Made by a program: the position numbers and the translations under genes. A stretch of DNA of 64,000 nt from Deltaproteobacteria bacterium. GTDB taxonomy: Bacteria; Myxococcota; Kuafuiibacteriia; Kuafuiibacteriales; Kuafuiibacteriaceae. Below the pieces are notes generated by a model. It worked only from the letters and a program-made list of their open reading frames with translations, did no database searches and was not told the DNA's origin. The stretch lies in the NCBI GenBank assembly GCA_040218735.1, contig JAVJQW010000019.1, positions 64,001 through 128,000 on the forward strand. Reading direction: 5' to 3'. How positions within the stretch are numbered: position 1 is the stretch's first letter; each line of letters opens with the position of its first letter. Of this stretch, positions 9,932 through 19,795 are shown piece after piece.

Positions 9932-11329
9932 TCAATCGGCCTCGTCCTCCGCATTCTTGGCGCGCGCCAGGATGCGGTGCAGCACGTTGCGGTGCACCTG
10001 CGCCTGCTCCGCGGCCTTGGTGATGTTCCCGCCCGCGAGCTCCACGACGTACTGCGCGTAGGCCAGCTCGAACGCCTCCAACGCCTGCTTCCGGGCTTCC
10101 TTGTACGGCAGCCCGAAGAATCCGCCGACCAACACGCCGCTCGCGCCGTCCTTCGCGTTGCGGATCGTGGTCGCCTTCTGCTTCGCCTTCAGGCGCAGCG
10201 CGAGGGACAGCCCCTCGCTCGACAGGGACGCCGCCTGGTCGATCACGTTGCGCAGCTCGCGAACGTTGCCCGGCCAGTCGTACGAAGTGAGCGCCGCGAT
10301 GATCTCCGGGGTGAGCTCGAGGTCGCTGTTGTCCTCGTGCTCCTGTTTGTGACGCTCGAGGAAGCGGCGCGCGAGCACCGGGATGTCCTCGCGACGCTCG
10401 CGCAGCGAGGGGAGGTTCACGCGGATCACCGCGAGGCGGAAATAGAGGTCGCTGCGGAAGCGCTTCTGCTGCACCTCCTCCTCCAACGAACGGTTCGTCG
10501 CGGCGATGACGCGTACGTCCACCGGCACGAACTCGTTCGCGCCGACGCGTTTGATTCGGCGCGTCTCCAACACGCGGAGCAAGCGAGGTTGCAGCGCCGG
10601 CGGGAGCTCGCCGAGCTCGTCGAGGAAGATCGTGCCGCCGGTCGCCGCCTCGAACGCACCCACGCGATCCGTGACCGCGTTCGTGTACGCGCCCTTCACG
10701 TGCCCGAACAGCTCCGACTCGATCAGGTTCGACGGGATCGATGCGCAGTCGACCACCACGAACGGCTCGTCCTTGCGCGCACACGCCTCGTGGATCGCCT
10801 CCGCGACCATCTCCTTGCCGGTCCCCGTCTCGCCGCAGATCAGGACCGTCGCGTCCGTGCGCGCGGCGCGCTCGAGGACCGCGAACACCTCGCGCATCTT
10901 GCGGCTCTTGCCGATGAGCCGCCCGAACGACGTCTCCTCGGACGGCGGGATCGGATCCACCTTCTCGGGCGCGACGAGCTGCAGCTCCGTCTCGCCGAGC
11001 TTGAACACCGCGCCCGGGCCGAGGTCGAGCTGGTCGAAGCGGCTGCCTTCGTAGAAGGACCCGTTCGTCGAGCCCAGATCCCGCGCCGTGACGTACCCGC
11101 CGCGGTTGATCAGCTCGATGTGTTTCCGGGACACCGACGCGTCCGGGATTCGCAGCGTGGTCTCGAACCCCGCGCCGATGACGAAGGGCTCCTTGCCGAG
11201 GAGGACCGCTTCGCTCCCCTTCAGATCCCCGCTGAGGATCCGGATGATGAGCACACCCTCGGACCCGTCGATGGAGCCCGAATCACCGCCGATGATTCGG
11301 GTGAGGCGTGTTCCGTCACCCTCGGTCAT
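9932..11329 (-). CDS. FHA-domain sigma-54-dependent enhancer-binding protein (Fis-type HTH)
   Basis: FHA (VSRKH, DLGSTNGSF); Walker A GETGTGKE; ESELFGH; GAYTNA (GAFTGA variant); LFLDE-like Walker B; FRSDLYFRL; WPGNVRELRN; C-terminal HTH. Confidence 0.93.
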   Translation of the reverse strand: MTEGDGTRLTRIIGGDSGSIDGSEGVLIIRILSGDLKGSEAVLLGKEPFVIGAGFETTLRIPDASVSRKHIELINRGGYVTARDLGSTNGSFYEGSRFDQLDLGPGAVFKLGETELQLVAPEKVDPIPPSEETSFGRLIGKSRKMREVFAVLERAARTDATVLICGETGTGKEMVAEAIHEACARKDEPFVVVDCASIPSNLIESELFGHVKGAYTNAVTDRVGAFEAATGGTIFLDELGELPPALQPRLLRVLETRRIKRVGANEFVPVDVRVIAATNRSLEEEVQQKRFRSDLYFRLAVIRVNLPSLRERREDIPVLARRFLERHKQEHEDNSDLELTPEIIAALTSYDWPGNVRELRNVIDQAASLSSEGLSLALRLKAKQKATTIRNAKDGASGVLVGGFFGLPYKEARKQALEAFELAYAQYVVELAGGNITKAAEQAQVHRNVLHRILARAKNAEDEAD

Positions 11330-11420
11330 GCGGTCCCGGAATCTCGCAGCGTTCGCGCTTTCCGGCAAGGCTCCGGCAGGTTTGACGCAGCGCGAGCCTG
11401 ACTGCTACTCGCCGTCTCCT

Positions 11421-13043
11421 ATGAAGCGCTGGGGCTGGTTCCTCCTCGCCGCGACGATGCTCGCGGGCTGCGATGGCTGCAAGAAGACCGAGCGGGCTTC
11501 CCCGCTCGCGTTCATCGGCAAGGACGCCGACGCGGTCCTCGAGATCCAGGACATCGGCGCGCTGTCGAAGCTGCCGGCCTACGTCGAGCAGCACCTCGGC
11601 AAGGTGATCAACAAGGCGCAGGTCGACTCGCTGCGCCAAGAGCTCGAGCTCACGATCGGCTTCGACCCGACCACCCCCGAAGGCCTCGCCCAAGCGGGCC
11701 TCCCCAAGACCGGCGTCGTCGCGGCCGCGCTCGATGCGGACGGCAGCGGCGCGCTGTGGCTGATCCCCGTCGCCGACGCGAAGAAGCTCATGCCGCTCCT
11801 CACGCGCCAGGTGAAGGCGCGGTCGGGCGCGGACAAGGAGAAGAAGTCGAAGGTCGGCGCGGTGGAGATCACGACGCTCACCAACGAGTTCGGCCCGGAC
11901 GTCGTCGAACGCGCCGCCTACGCCGTCGACCGCGGGCACGTCCTGCTCGCGTTCGGTCGCGAGGCCACGAAGCACATCACGGAGGCGCTCGGCCGAAAGC
12001 CCGCCGACTCGATCGTCGAGCACGCCGAGTACAAGGCGCTCACCGCCGCGCTCGGATCGAAGTACCACGCCCGCGTCATCGCGCCGGCCGGCGGCGCCGC
12101 GCTCAACGGCGTGCTGAAGTTCGCCTCGCGCATGGCGCCGGAGCTGTCCGGGATGCCCGTGCCGATGGAAGGTGAGATCCGCGGCGCGGGGTGGAACTTC
12201 TCGCTCGACCCCGACGCGCTGCGCGTCACCGGCCGCGTTCGCCTGAGCGATGCCGGGCTCGCCGCCGCGAAGAAGGTGTTCACGCCGAAGACCGCCGTCG
12301 GTCCGGGCGTCGTCTCACTCGACCTCCCGGACACGGTCATCCACGCGCAGGTCGCGGTGGACCCGGCCGCGCTGATCTCCACGCTCGCGCCGAAGGGCAC
12401 GCCCGCGCGCGCGAAGCTCGACGCGACGTTCGGGCGGGTGAAGAACGACGTGAAGATCGACGTCGAACAAGAGCTGGTCCCGATGTTGTCGGGGCACGGC
12501 GCGTTGGCACTCGGCGTGGGCAACCTGGAAGGCAAGTCGTTCAAGCAGATCGTGGGCAACCCGCGGGGCTTCCTGTGGACGGCGTTTGCGCTCGGTTCGG
12601 ACGCGCCGAAGGACATCGTCACCATGGAGAAGCGCCTCGACGAAGGCCTGCAGCTCCGCGGCCTCGACGTCGCGCCGCGCAAGTTCAACAACATCGAGCT
12701 TCGCTCCGTGAAACCGAAGATGGGCGACGTCGCGCTGGTCGAGACGTTTGCGCTCCCGAAGGCGTGGGTGTTCGCCAACGAGCCGGCGATCGCTGACCGC
12801 ATCATCCTGAACGGCGGCGGCAAGGATCAGCTCGCGGGCAAGAACGGGGCGGTCGTGGAGCTGCGCCTGAAGACGCTCGCGTCGCAGGTCGCGAAGTTCG
12901 ATCAGAACTCGCTGCCGCTGTTGTGGCGCGGCATGGTCTCGAAGGGTCTCGATCTCGTGAAGCTCTTCGACCGCGCCGAGGCCAGGGCGGTGCTCGTCGA
13001 GGACGGCTTCGACGTGAGCGGCGGCCTGGTCTTCGCGAAGTGA
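11421..13043 (+). CDS. Large lipoprotein (DUF3352-like, tentative)
   Basis: MKRWGWFLLAATMLAGC lipobox; first gene of an operon coupled to the ABC transporter genes. Confidence 0.65.
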   Translation: MKRWGWFLLAATMLAGCDGCKKTERASPLAFIGKDADAVLEIQDIGALSKLPAYVEQHLGKVINKAQVDSLRQELELTIGFDPTTPEGLAQAGLPKTGVVAAALDADGSGALWLIPVADAKKLMPLLTRQVKARSGADKEKKSKVGAVEITTLTNEFGPDVVERAAYAVDRGHVLLAFGREATKHITEALGRKPADSIVEHAEYKALTAALGSKYHARVIAPAGGAALNGVLKFASRMAPELSGMPVPMEGEIRGAGWNFSLDPDALRVTGRVRLSDAGLAAAKKVFTPKTAVGPGVVSLDLPDTVIHAQVAVDPAALISTLAPKGTPARAKLDATFGRVKNDVKIDVEQELVPMLSGHGALALGVGNLEGKSFKQIVGNPRGFLWTAFALGSDAPKDIVTMEKRLDEGLQLRGLDVAPRKFNNIELRSVKPKMGDVALVETFALPKAWVFANEPAIADRIILNGGGKDQLAGKNGAVVELRLKTLASQVAKFDQNSLPLLWRGMVSKGLDLVKLFDRAEARAVLVEDGFDVSGGLVFAK

Positions 13044-13729
13044 GCGCGGTCGTCGCCCTGTCGGGCGTCGCCCGTTCGTTCGAAGAGGGCGGACGCCGCC
13101 GCGACGTGCTCGCGGGGATCGATCTCGAAGTGAACGCGGGCGAGATGGTCGCCCTCGTCGGTCCGAGCGGCTGCGGCAAGACGACGCTTCTTTCGATCGT
13201 CGGCGCGCTCGACGCGGGCTTCGCGGGGCGCGCGGAGCTGCTCGGTCGGGACCTCGCGAAGCTCGACGACGACACCCGCAGCGGCCTCCGCGCCGCGCAG
13301 CTCGGCTTCGTGTTCCAGGCGTTCTGCCTACTCGACCACCTGACGGTGCGTCAGAACGTCGAGGTGCCGCTGTGGCTGCTCGACGACGGCCCCGACGCGG
13401 AGGCGTCGGCGAGACGGGCGTCCGAGATGCTCGAGCGCGTCGGCCTCGGCGGGCGCGAAGCCGAGTCGGTGATGCAGCTGTCCGGCGGCGAACGCCAGCG
13501 CGTGGCGATCGCGCGCGCGATGATCAACCGACCGAAGCTCCTGCTCGCCGACGAGCCGACCGGGAACCTCGACCCGAAGACCGGCGCGCGGATCTTCGAG
13601 CTGTTCGACGCGATCCGCGGCGAGGAGGGATGCGCGGTGCTCGTCGCGACCCACGACGCGGCGCTCGCGGAGCGGGCGGATCGGGTGGTGCGGTTGGACG
13701 GGGGTCGGGTGGAGGGCTCCCCGCCATGA
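13040..13729 (+). CDS. ABC transporter ATP-binding protein (LolD/MacB-like)
   Basis: GPSGCGKTT, LSGGERQRVAIARA, LLADEPTGNLD, ATHD; GTGA overlap. Confidence 0.93.
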   Translation: MSAVVALSGVARSFEEGGRRRDVLAGIDLEVNAGEMVALVGPSGCGKTTLLSIVGALDAGFAGRAELLGRDLAKLDDDTRSGLRAAQLGFVFQAFCLLDHLTVRQNVEVPLWLLDDGPDAEASARRASEMLERVGLGGREAESVMQLSGGERQRVAIARAMINRPKLLLADEPTGNLDPKTGARIFELFDAIRGEEGCAVLVATHDAALAERADRVVRLDGGRVEGSPP

Positions 13730-14994
13730 GGCTCGGCGCCCTGATCCGCAGCGACCTCGCGCGCAGCAAGCGCCGGCTCCTCGTCGTCGTCTCCGCCGTC
13801 GCGTCCGGCATCACCGTCCTCGTGCTCCTGGCGAGCATCGCGCTCGGCCTCTACGAAGGTGTCGTCGAGCCGCTCCTCCCACGCCTCCCGCTCGACGTGC
13901 TCGAAGTGAAGCCGCGCACCGTCGGCGTCGGGTTCCTCGCGTTCGAAGGGGGCGGCAAGCTCGACGCCGCCGCGGTGAAGAGCCTCGAGCGCATCGAAGG
14001 CGTCGAGGCCGTGCACGGCGTACTCGGCGCCGCGTTCCCGATGCGCGCGGAGGGCGGCGAAGGGTTCATCGGCCACCGAATGCGCACCGACGTCTTCGCG
14101 ACCGGCGTGCCGCCGACCCTCGTCGCGGGCGACGTCGCCGAAGGTTACACGTTCGAAGACGAAGCGGAGGGCAAGGTGCCGGTGCTCGTCGCGCGGCGGC
14201 TGCTCGATCTCTACAACACGACCGTCGCCCCCTCGATCGAGAAGCCGCGCCTCACGGAGGAGGCGGTGGTCGGGTTCGAGTTCCTGCTCGTGCTCGGGCA
14301 ATCGTACGCGAGCGGCACGCCGAACCCGGCGAAGGTCGAGCGGCGCACCGCGCAGATCGTCGGGTTCTCGGATCGCGCGAACCTCGTCGGCATCACCGTG
14401 CCCGCGCCGACGCTCGAACGGTGGAACCAACGGATCGCCGCCAAGCCCTCGCCCGTGACCGGCGCGTACGTGAAGACGTCCGGGCCCGGTCAGGTCGGCG
14501 CCGTGACGAAGGCGATCGAACGTGCGGGGCTCGCGGTGGACGACACCCCCAAGATCATCGGCGCGGCGCTCGCGGTGATCGGCGCGCTGGGCGGGTTGTT
14601 CGCGGGGGCGCTGTTGCTCCTGTCCGCGTTCGGGATCGCGCAGACGTTCTTCCTCCTGATCGCGGAGCGTCGACAGGAGCTGGCGATCCTGCGCGCGGTC
14701 GGCGCGCGGCGGAGGGATCTGTCGCGGCTGGTGTGGATCGAGGCGACGCTCGTCGGCGTCGCCGGCGGGCTGGTCGGGGTCGTCCTCGGCGCCGCCCTCG
14801 CGCTCGGCCTCGACGCGCTCATCATCGCGACCCTCCCCGACATCCCGTTCAAGCCGGCGCACGTCGTTGCGCTGTCGCCCACGCTCCTGCTCTCGGCGGC
14901 GCTGCTCGGGCCCGTCGCCGCGTGGATCGGCGCGGCCGTCCCCGCCGCCTCCGCAGCCCGGGCGAACCCCGCCTCCGCGCTGCGATCCGCGTGA
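13726..14994 (+). CDS. ABC transporter permease (FtsX/MacB-like)
   Basis: N-terminal TM, periplasmic domain, ERRQELAILRAVGA motif, three C-terminal TMs; ATGA overlap. Confidence 0.88.
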   Translation: MRLGALIRSDLARSKRRLLVVVSAVASGITVLVLLASIALGLYEGVVEPLLPRLPLDVLEVKPRTVGVGFLAFEGGGKLDAAAVKSLERIEGVEAVHGVLGAAFPMRAEGGEGFIGHRMRTDVFATGVPPTLVAGDVAEGYTFEDEAEGKVPVLVARRLLDLYNTTVAPSIEKPRLTEEAVVGFEFLLVLGQSYASGTPNPAKVERRTAQIVGFSDRANLVGITVPAPTLERWNQRIAAKPSPVTGAYVKTSGPGQVGAVTKAIERAGLAVDDTPKIIGAALAVIGALGGLFAGALLLLSAFGIAQTFFLLIAERRQELAILRAVGARRRDLSRLVWIEATLVGVAGGLVGVVLGAALALGLDALIIATLPDIPFKPAHVVALSPTLLLSAALLGPVAAWIGAAVPAASAARANPASALRSA

Positions 14995-15056
14995 TCCGAA
15001 TCCTTACCCGGCGCCCGTAATTGTGGTGTGGCCGCGGGCTCTTCATCCTGGGGAGG

Positions 15057-15851
15057 ATGTCGAACGCCGCCGAGACCATCGCCCTCCCCAGCCCCGTCAC
15101 GCCGGAGGAGACGCTCCCGCAGTCGCTCGTGGGCTCCTCGGGCGCGCACGCCGTCTATCGCGGTGGACCGAGCGGCGACGTCACGCGGTACGGCTCGCCC
15201 CGGCCGTCGCCGGTGCACGTCCACGGCGCGTCGGATTGGCCGGACGAGGCGCCGACCGTCGGCATCGCGGGCGGCGCGCCCCGCAACGTGCGGGGGTTCG
15301 GCGTGAAACGACCCTCCGGGCCCCGCGCCCTCGTCCGCGAGCGCGCCGACACCCGACCGCCCGCGCCAAGTGCAGACGGCCGGCTCCCCCGCGCGCGCCC
15401 CGACGCGATCCGCCCCGCCCCCTTCGATTCGAGCGCACGCGTACGCCCCGGGCGGGTCGGCGCGTCGGTCGGGCCCGCGGCGGCGCTGGGTCCGGTGCCG
15501 GTGCGACCGCTGCGGATCGACGACCCCGCCGAGGCGCGACCCGCTCGCGCCGTCTCGCCGTTCCGGCCGGAGCCCCTGGCCGCCGTGCACCCCGGCGAGC
15601 GCACGCACGACATCGAAGACACCACGCCCTCGCGCCAAGTTCGGGCCTACGTGCCGGCCGAGCAGCACTCCTCGCAGCTCCGCCTGAAGAAGCCGTCCCC
15701 GAAGGCCCTCGCGTCGCGGCAGCCCACGGTGCAGTACATGCCGGAGCCCGAGACCCACGCCCTGGGCATCGGCGCGACCTCGCTCTTCCTCACCGCGGCC
15801 CTCCTCGCGGGCTGCGCGGCGGGCATGGCCGCTTTCCAGCTATTGATCTGA
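15057..15851 (+). CDS. Pro-rich hypothetical protein with C-terminal TM helix
   Basis: Low-complexity body; hydrophobic tail LFLTAALLAGCAAGMAAFQLLI; fills the gap between co-oriented genes. Confidence 0.55.
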   Translation: MSNAAETIALPSPVTPEETLPQSLVGSSGAHAVYRGGPSGDVTRYGSPRPSPVHVHGASDWPDEAPTVGIAGGAPRNVRGFGVKRPSGPRALVRERADTRPPAPSADGRLPRARPDAIRPAPFDSSARVRPGRVGASVGPAAALGPVPVRPLRIDDPAEARPARAVSPFRPEPLAAVHPGERTHDIEDTTPSRQVRAYVPAEQHSSQLRLKKPSPKALASRQPTVQYMPEPETHALGIGATSLFLTAALLAGCAAGMAAFQLLI

Positions 15852-15873
15852 TCCCAAGCTATACTCCCGGCCG

Positions 15874-18069
15874 GTGGGCGTCTTCCCCGAGCCGCGCCCC
15901 GAGAAGTTCGGGCGCTACATCCTCCTCGACCGCATCAACGTCGGTGGTATGGCGGAGGTGTTCCGCGGCAAGAGCTCCGGCGTCGAGGGGTTCGAACGGC
16001 TCGTCGCGCTGAAGCGCATCCTCCCGAACATCGCCGCCGACCAGGACTTCATCGACATGTTCGTCGACGAAGCCAAGCTCGCGGTGCAGCTTCAGCACGC
16101 GAACATCGCGCAGGTCTACGACCTCGGGAAGCAGGACGAGACCTACTACATCGCGATGGAGTACATCTCCGGCGTCGACCTGAGGTCGATGTGGGATCGC
16201 GCGCGCAACCGCAACCGGCTGCTCCCGATCGCGATGTCCTGCCACATCATGCAGAAGGTCTGCGAGGGGCTCGACGCCGCCCACCGCAAGAAGGACCAAG
16301 AAGGCAACGACATCAGCCTCGTCCACCGCGACGTGTCGCCGCAGAACGTCCTCGTGTCGTTCGAAGGTGAGGCGAAGGTGATCGACTTCGGCATCGCGCG
16401 CGCGGCGAACAAGGTGTCGAAGACGCAGGCCGGCGTGCTGAAGGGCAAGTTCGGTTACATGTCACCCGAGCAGGTGCGCGGCATCGAGCTCGACAACCGC
16501 TCTGACATCTTCGCGTGCGGTGTGGTGCTCTACGAGCTGCTCGTCGGCGACCGGCTGTTCCTCGGCGAGTCGGACTTCTCGACGCTCGAGAAGGTCCGCA
16601 ACGTGGAGCTCGTCCCGCCGACGCGCCTCAACAAGAACCTGTCGCCGCACCTCGAGCGCATCGTGATGAAGGCGCTCGCGAAGAACCGCGAGGATCGTTA
16701 CCGCTGGGCGAGTGAGATGGCGGAGGACCTCCAGCGCTATCTGTTCGCGACGAACCAACCCTTCGCGCGGACGGATCTGCAGCGCTACATGCAGCAGCAC
16801 TTCAAGGAGGAGATGGAGAAGGAGCGTCAGCGGCTGGACCGCTACAAGACGATCCACTACGCCGACTTCGACGAGCCCGCTCCGAGCCCCGCGCCGCGCG
16901 CGATGTCGGGGCGCGCGGACATCCCGACCGAGGTGTCGACCGGCCTGCAGGAGCAGGTGATGCAGCCGCAGGCGCGCTTCCCGTCGGCGCTGAACGCGGC
17001 GCCGATGAACCTGCAGCAGCCGTCGATGGACCAGCTGCCGCGTCAACCCAGCTTGCAGATGCCGCCTCCGCCGCAGGCCCCGCAGAAGGGCGGGTTGCCG
17101 ACGTGGGCGGCGGTGCTGATCGGCGCGCTGTCGGTGTTGTTGCTGGTAGCGATCGTCGGGATCGTCTACCTCAACGTCGCGAAGCCCAAGCCGGGCGCGG
17201 TGACGATCGAGTCCACCCCCGCGAACGCGGAGGTGCTGCTGAACGGCAAGGTCGTCGCGAACAAGACGCCGCTCACGCTCGACAACCTGGAGCCCTCGAC
17301 CTACGTGCTGACGGTGCAGGCCGAGGGTTACGAGACGGTGATTCGGCCGGTCACGATCGAGGACGGCGAAGCGCGCATCGAGACGATCGAGCTCAAAAAG
17401 GAGGTCGGCTCTTCGAGTGTCATCCTGCGCACCAAGCCGCCGGGGCTGAAGGTGATTGTGGACGGTCGCGATACGAAGCAGCAGACGCCCGCCACCGTCA
17501 CGGGGCTGTCCGCCGGCAAACACCAGTTCATCCTGCAGCGCGACGACGGCACGATCGTGCACCGCGTCCGGATGGATCTCGCGGAGGGCGCGGCGGAGGT
17601 GATGGAGGTCGACACGCGGAACCTCCAGCCGCTCCTCGACGTCGCGTCGGTGCCCTCGGGCGCGGCACTGCGCGTGGACGGGAAGCTGAAGGGCACGACG
17701 CCGGTGACGGTCGCGGGCCTACGCCCGGGGCGCGCGCGCATCCAGCTCGAGCACGAGGGGTGCGCCAAACACGAGCAGACGATCGAGCTCGAGCGCGCGA
17801 CGGTGGTGCCGCTGGAGATCACGCTGTCGTGCGGCGGCAAGACGTTCGACGAAGGGGGCTCGGCGGACGGGCGCATGGACGTCACGGCGACGGTGGTCGC
17901 GGACGTGTTCGTCGACGGCGTGCGCGTCGGCCGCACGCCCGTCATGGGCGTCGCGGTACCGCGGGGTCGACGGAAGTTGAAGCTGGTGCCGGTCGGCGCG
18001 CAGAAGCCGCCGTACGTGACCGAGGTCGTCGTCGGCGAGGGCGTCCGCAGCTTCCACCACCAGTTCTAG
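15874..18069 (+). CDS. Hanks-type Ser/Thr protein kinase with TM helix and PEGA domains
   Basis: GGMAEVF, VALK, HRDVSPQN, DFG, GKFGYMSPE, SDIFACG; TM; about four PEGA repeats (e.g. VDGKLKGTTP). Confidence 0.95.
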   Translation: MGVFPEPRPEKFGRYILLDRINVGGMAEVFRGKSSGVEGFERLVALKRILPNIAADQDFIDMFVDEAKLAVQLQHANIAQVYDLGKQDETYYIAMEYISGVDLRSMWDRARNRNRLLPIAMSCHIMQKVCEGLDAAHRKKDQEGNDISLVHRDVSPQNVLVSFEGEAKVIDFGIARAANKVSKTQAGVLKGKFGYMSPEQVRGIELDNRSDIFACGVVLYELLVGDRLFLGESDFSTLEKVRNVELVPPTRLNKNLSPHLERIVMKALAKNREDRYRWASEMAEDLQRYLFATNQPFARTDLQRYMQQHFKEEMEKERQRLDRYKTIHYADFDEPAPSPAPRAMSGRADIPTEVSTGLQEQVMQPQARFPSALNAAPMNLQQPSMDQLPRQPSLQMPPPPQAPQKGGLPTWAAVLIGALSVLLLVAIVGIVYLNVAKPKPGAVTIESTPANAEVLLNGKVVANKTPLTLDNLEPSTYVLTVQAEGYETVIRPVTIEDGEARIETIELKKEVGSSSVILRTKPPGLKVIVDGRDTKQQTPATVTGLSAGKHQFILQRDDGTIVHRVRMDLAEGAAEVMEVDTRNLQPLLDVASVPSGAALRVDGKLKGTTPVTVAGLRPGRARIQLEHEGCAKHEQTIELERATVVPLEITLSCGGKTFDEGGSADGRMDVTATVVADVFVDGVRVGRTPVMGVAVPRGRRKLKLVPVGAQKPPYVTEVVVGEGVRSFHHQF

Positions 18070-18111
18070 TGCCAGCCGTTCCGAAGTCCGTTCCGAGTCG
18101 GAATGCTGGCA

Positions 18112-18996
18112 CTACGCTCCCGCTTCGAGCTTCGCGCGGTACGTCTTCTCTTCCTCGCCGAGGTCTTCGATGACGCTCGTGAGGTGATTGGCGATCGCGC
18201 GGTACGTCTTCGCGGTCGCGGGGGCGTCGAGGAGCTCGCCGAAGTCGACGGGCGCGCCGTAGACGACCACGACCGGGGTCCCCTTCTTCGTGAAGTTGCC
18301 CTTGATCTGCTTGTAGAGATCGTTACCCAGCCCGTTGATGAAGATCGGGATCACCTTGGGGCGCGCGAGGTGAATCAGGCGGCCGATCCCCGCCTGTGCG
18401 GGGAGGAGTTTGTAGGGATCGTCACGCATGTTGCGGCGGCCCTCGGGGTGGATGCCGGCGCCGCGGCGGTCGAGCTTCAGCGCGCGCGAAAGCTCGGTCA
18501 TGGCGACATGATTCAGGCTAATGCGTTTCTTGTCGCGGAAGATGGGCGGGTACATCGAGAACCAGCTCATGATGCCGTTCACGAAGAGGCCGAGCGGGTT
18601 GTCGTAGAAGAAGCTCGAGCGCACGGGGAACAGGAGGCGCTGCCTGAAGCCGTGGCGGTAGAGGATCATGTTCACGACGAACATGTCGAAGAACGAGCGG
18701 TGATTGCACGCGAGGACGACGCTCTGGCCCTCGCCGATGTCCGTGACGCGCTCGATTCCGACGGCGTGACGGATGTGTTTCGTGCAGTGGTGCACCCAGA
18801 AGACGCCCGGCACGCGCTGTCCCCACAGCAGGAACGCGTTGAGCCACTTCAGCTCGAACGTCTTGCGGACGAACCCGATGTTGAAGCGTTCGAGCCAGGA
18901 GAGGCGATCCTTCACGTCGGCGAACGACTCGGCGCGCGCGGGTCGGCGTGCGTCCTCTTCGGGGCTCGGGGCGTTCTCTGCGATCGGGGTGCCCAC
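18112..18996 (-). CDS. Lysophospholipid/1-acyl-glycerol-3-phosphate acyltransferase (PlsC family)
   Basis: NHRSFFD (HX4D) and HPEGRR motifs. Start uncertain (18996-19017). Confidence 0.85.
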   Translation of the reverse strand: MGTPIAENAPSPEEDARRPARAESFADVKDRLSWLERFNIGFVRKTFELKWLNAFLLWGQRVPGVFWVHHCTKHIRHAVGIERVTDIGEGQSVVLACNHRSFFDMFVVNMILYRHGFRQRLLFPVRSSFFYDNPLGLFVNGIMSWFSMYPPIFRDKKRISLNHVAMTELSRALKLDRRGAGIHPEGRRNMRDDPYKLLPAQAGIGRLIHLARPKVIPIFINGLGNDLYKQIKGNFTKKGTPVVVVYGAPVDFGELLDAPATAKTYRAIANHLTSVIEDLGEEEKTYRAKLEAGA

Positions 18997-19108
18997 GGCG
19001 ATGCCCCACACAATCAAAACGGAGCGATCCGCTCAACCGATGAATGCCCGGACGCGATGGAGCGTCCCAGCGCTTGACACCTCATCCATCTGGGAGTTTG
19101 TAACCGCC

Positions 19109-19786
19109 ATGCGAAAGACCACTCTGCTTCTCTGTTCGGCCGCTTTCCTCTTCACCGCTTCTTCGGCGCACGCCGGCATCAAGGGCTCGGTGAGCTACAA
19201 GGGCAAGGCGACCGCCAAGGCCATCGACATGAGCTCCGACCCGAAGTGCAAGAAGCTCTCGCCGGACGCGAAGTCGAACGACCTCGTCGTCAACGGCGGC
19301 AAGGTCCAGGACGTGTTCGTCTACGTGAAGAACCCGCCGAAGGGGAAGTACAAGGCCCCGAAGACGAAGGCCAAGCTCGACCAGAAGGGCTGCCGCTACA
19401 TCCCGAAGGTGCTCGGGGTGATGAAGAAGCAGAACATCGAGATCATCAACAGCGACCCGACGCTCCACAACGTGCACGCGTTCGCGAAGCGCGGTGAGTT
19501 CAACCAGGCCATGCCGAAGCAGGGTCAGAAGATCACCAAGAAGTTCAAGAAGGCGCAGGTGATGGTGCCGATCAAGTGCGACGTCCACTCGTGGATGGAG
19601 GCGTACATCGGCGTCATGGAGCACCCCTTCTTCGCGACCAGCGGCTCGGACGGCTCGTTCGAGATCCCCGGCGACGGCCTGAAGGACGGCGAGTACGAGG
19701 TCGTCTTCTGGCACAAGACGCTCGGTGAGAAGACCGCCAAGGTGAAGGTCGCGGGCGGCAACGGCGCGCTCGACTTCGGCTACTGA
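19109..19786 (+). CDS. Secreted cupredoxin-like / carboxypeptidase-regulatory-like domain protein
   Basis: Signal peptide; DQKGCRY.P, NSDPTLHNVH and CDVHSWM give a type-1-copper-like His/Cys/His/Met ligand set. Confidence 0.78.
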   Translation: MRKTTLLLCSAAFLFTASSAHAGIKGSVSYKGKATAKAIDMSSDPKCKKLSPDAKSNDLVVNGGKVQDVFVYVKNPPKGKYKAPKTKAKLDQKGCRYIPKVLGVMKKQNIEIINSDPTLHNVHAFAKRGEFNQAMPKQGQKITKKFKKAQVMVPIKCDVHSWMEAYIGVMEHPFFATSGSDGSFEIPGDGLKDGEYEVVFWHKTLGEKTAKVKVAGGNGALDFGY

Positions 19787-19795
19787 GCCATCGCC

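Noticed and set aside
19074-19079. Perfect TTGACA -35 box
   Set aside because: No convincing -10 hexamer at 16-18 bp spacing, so not called as a promoter.
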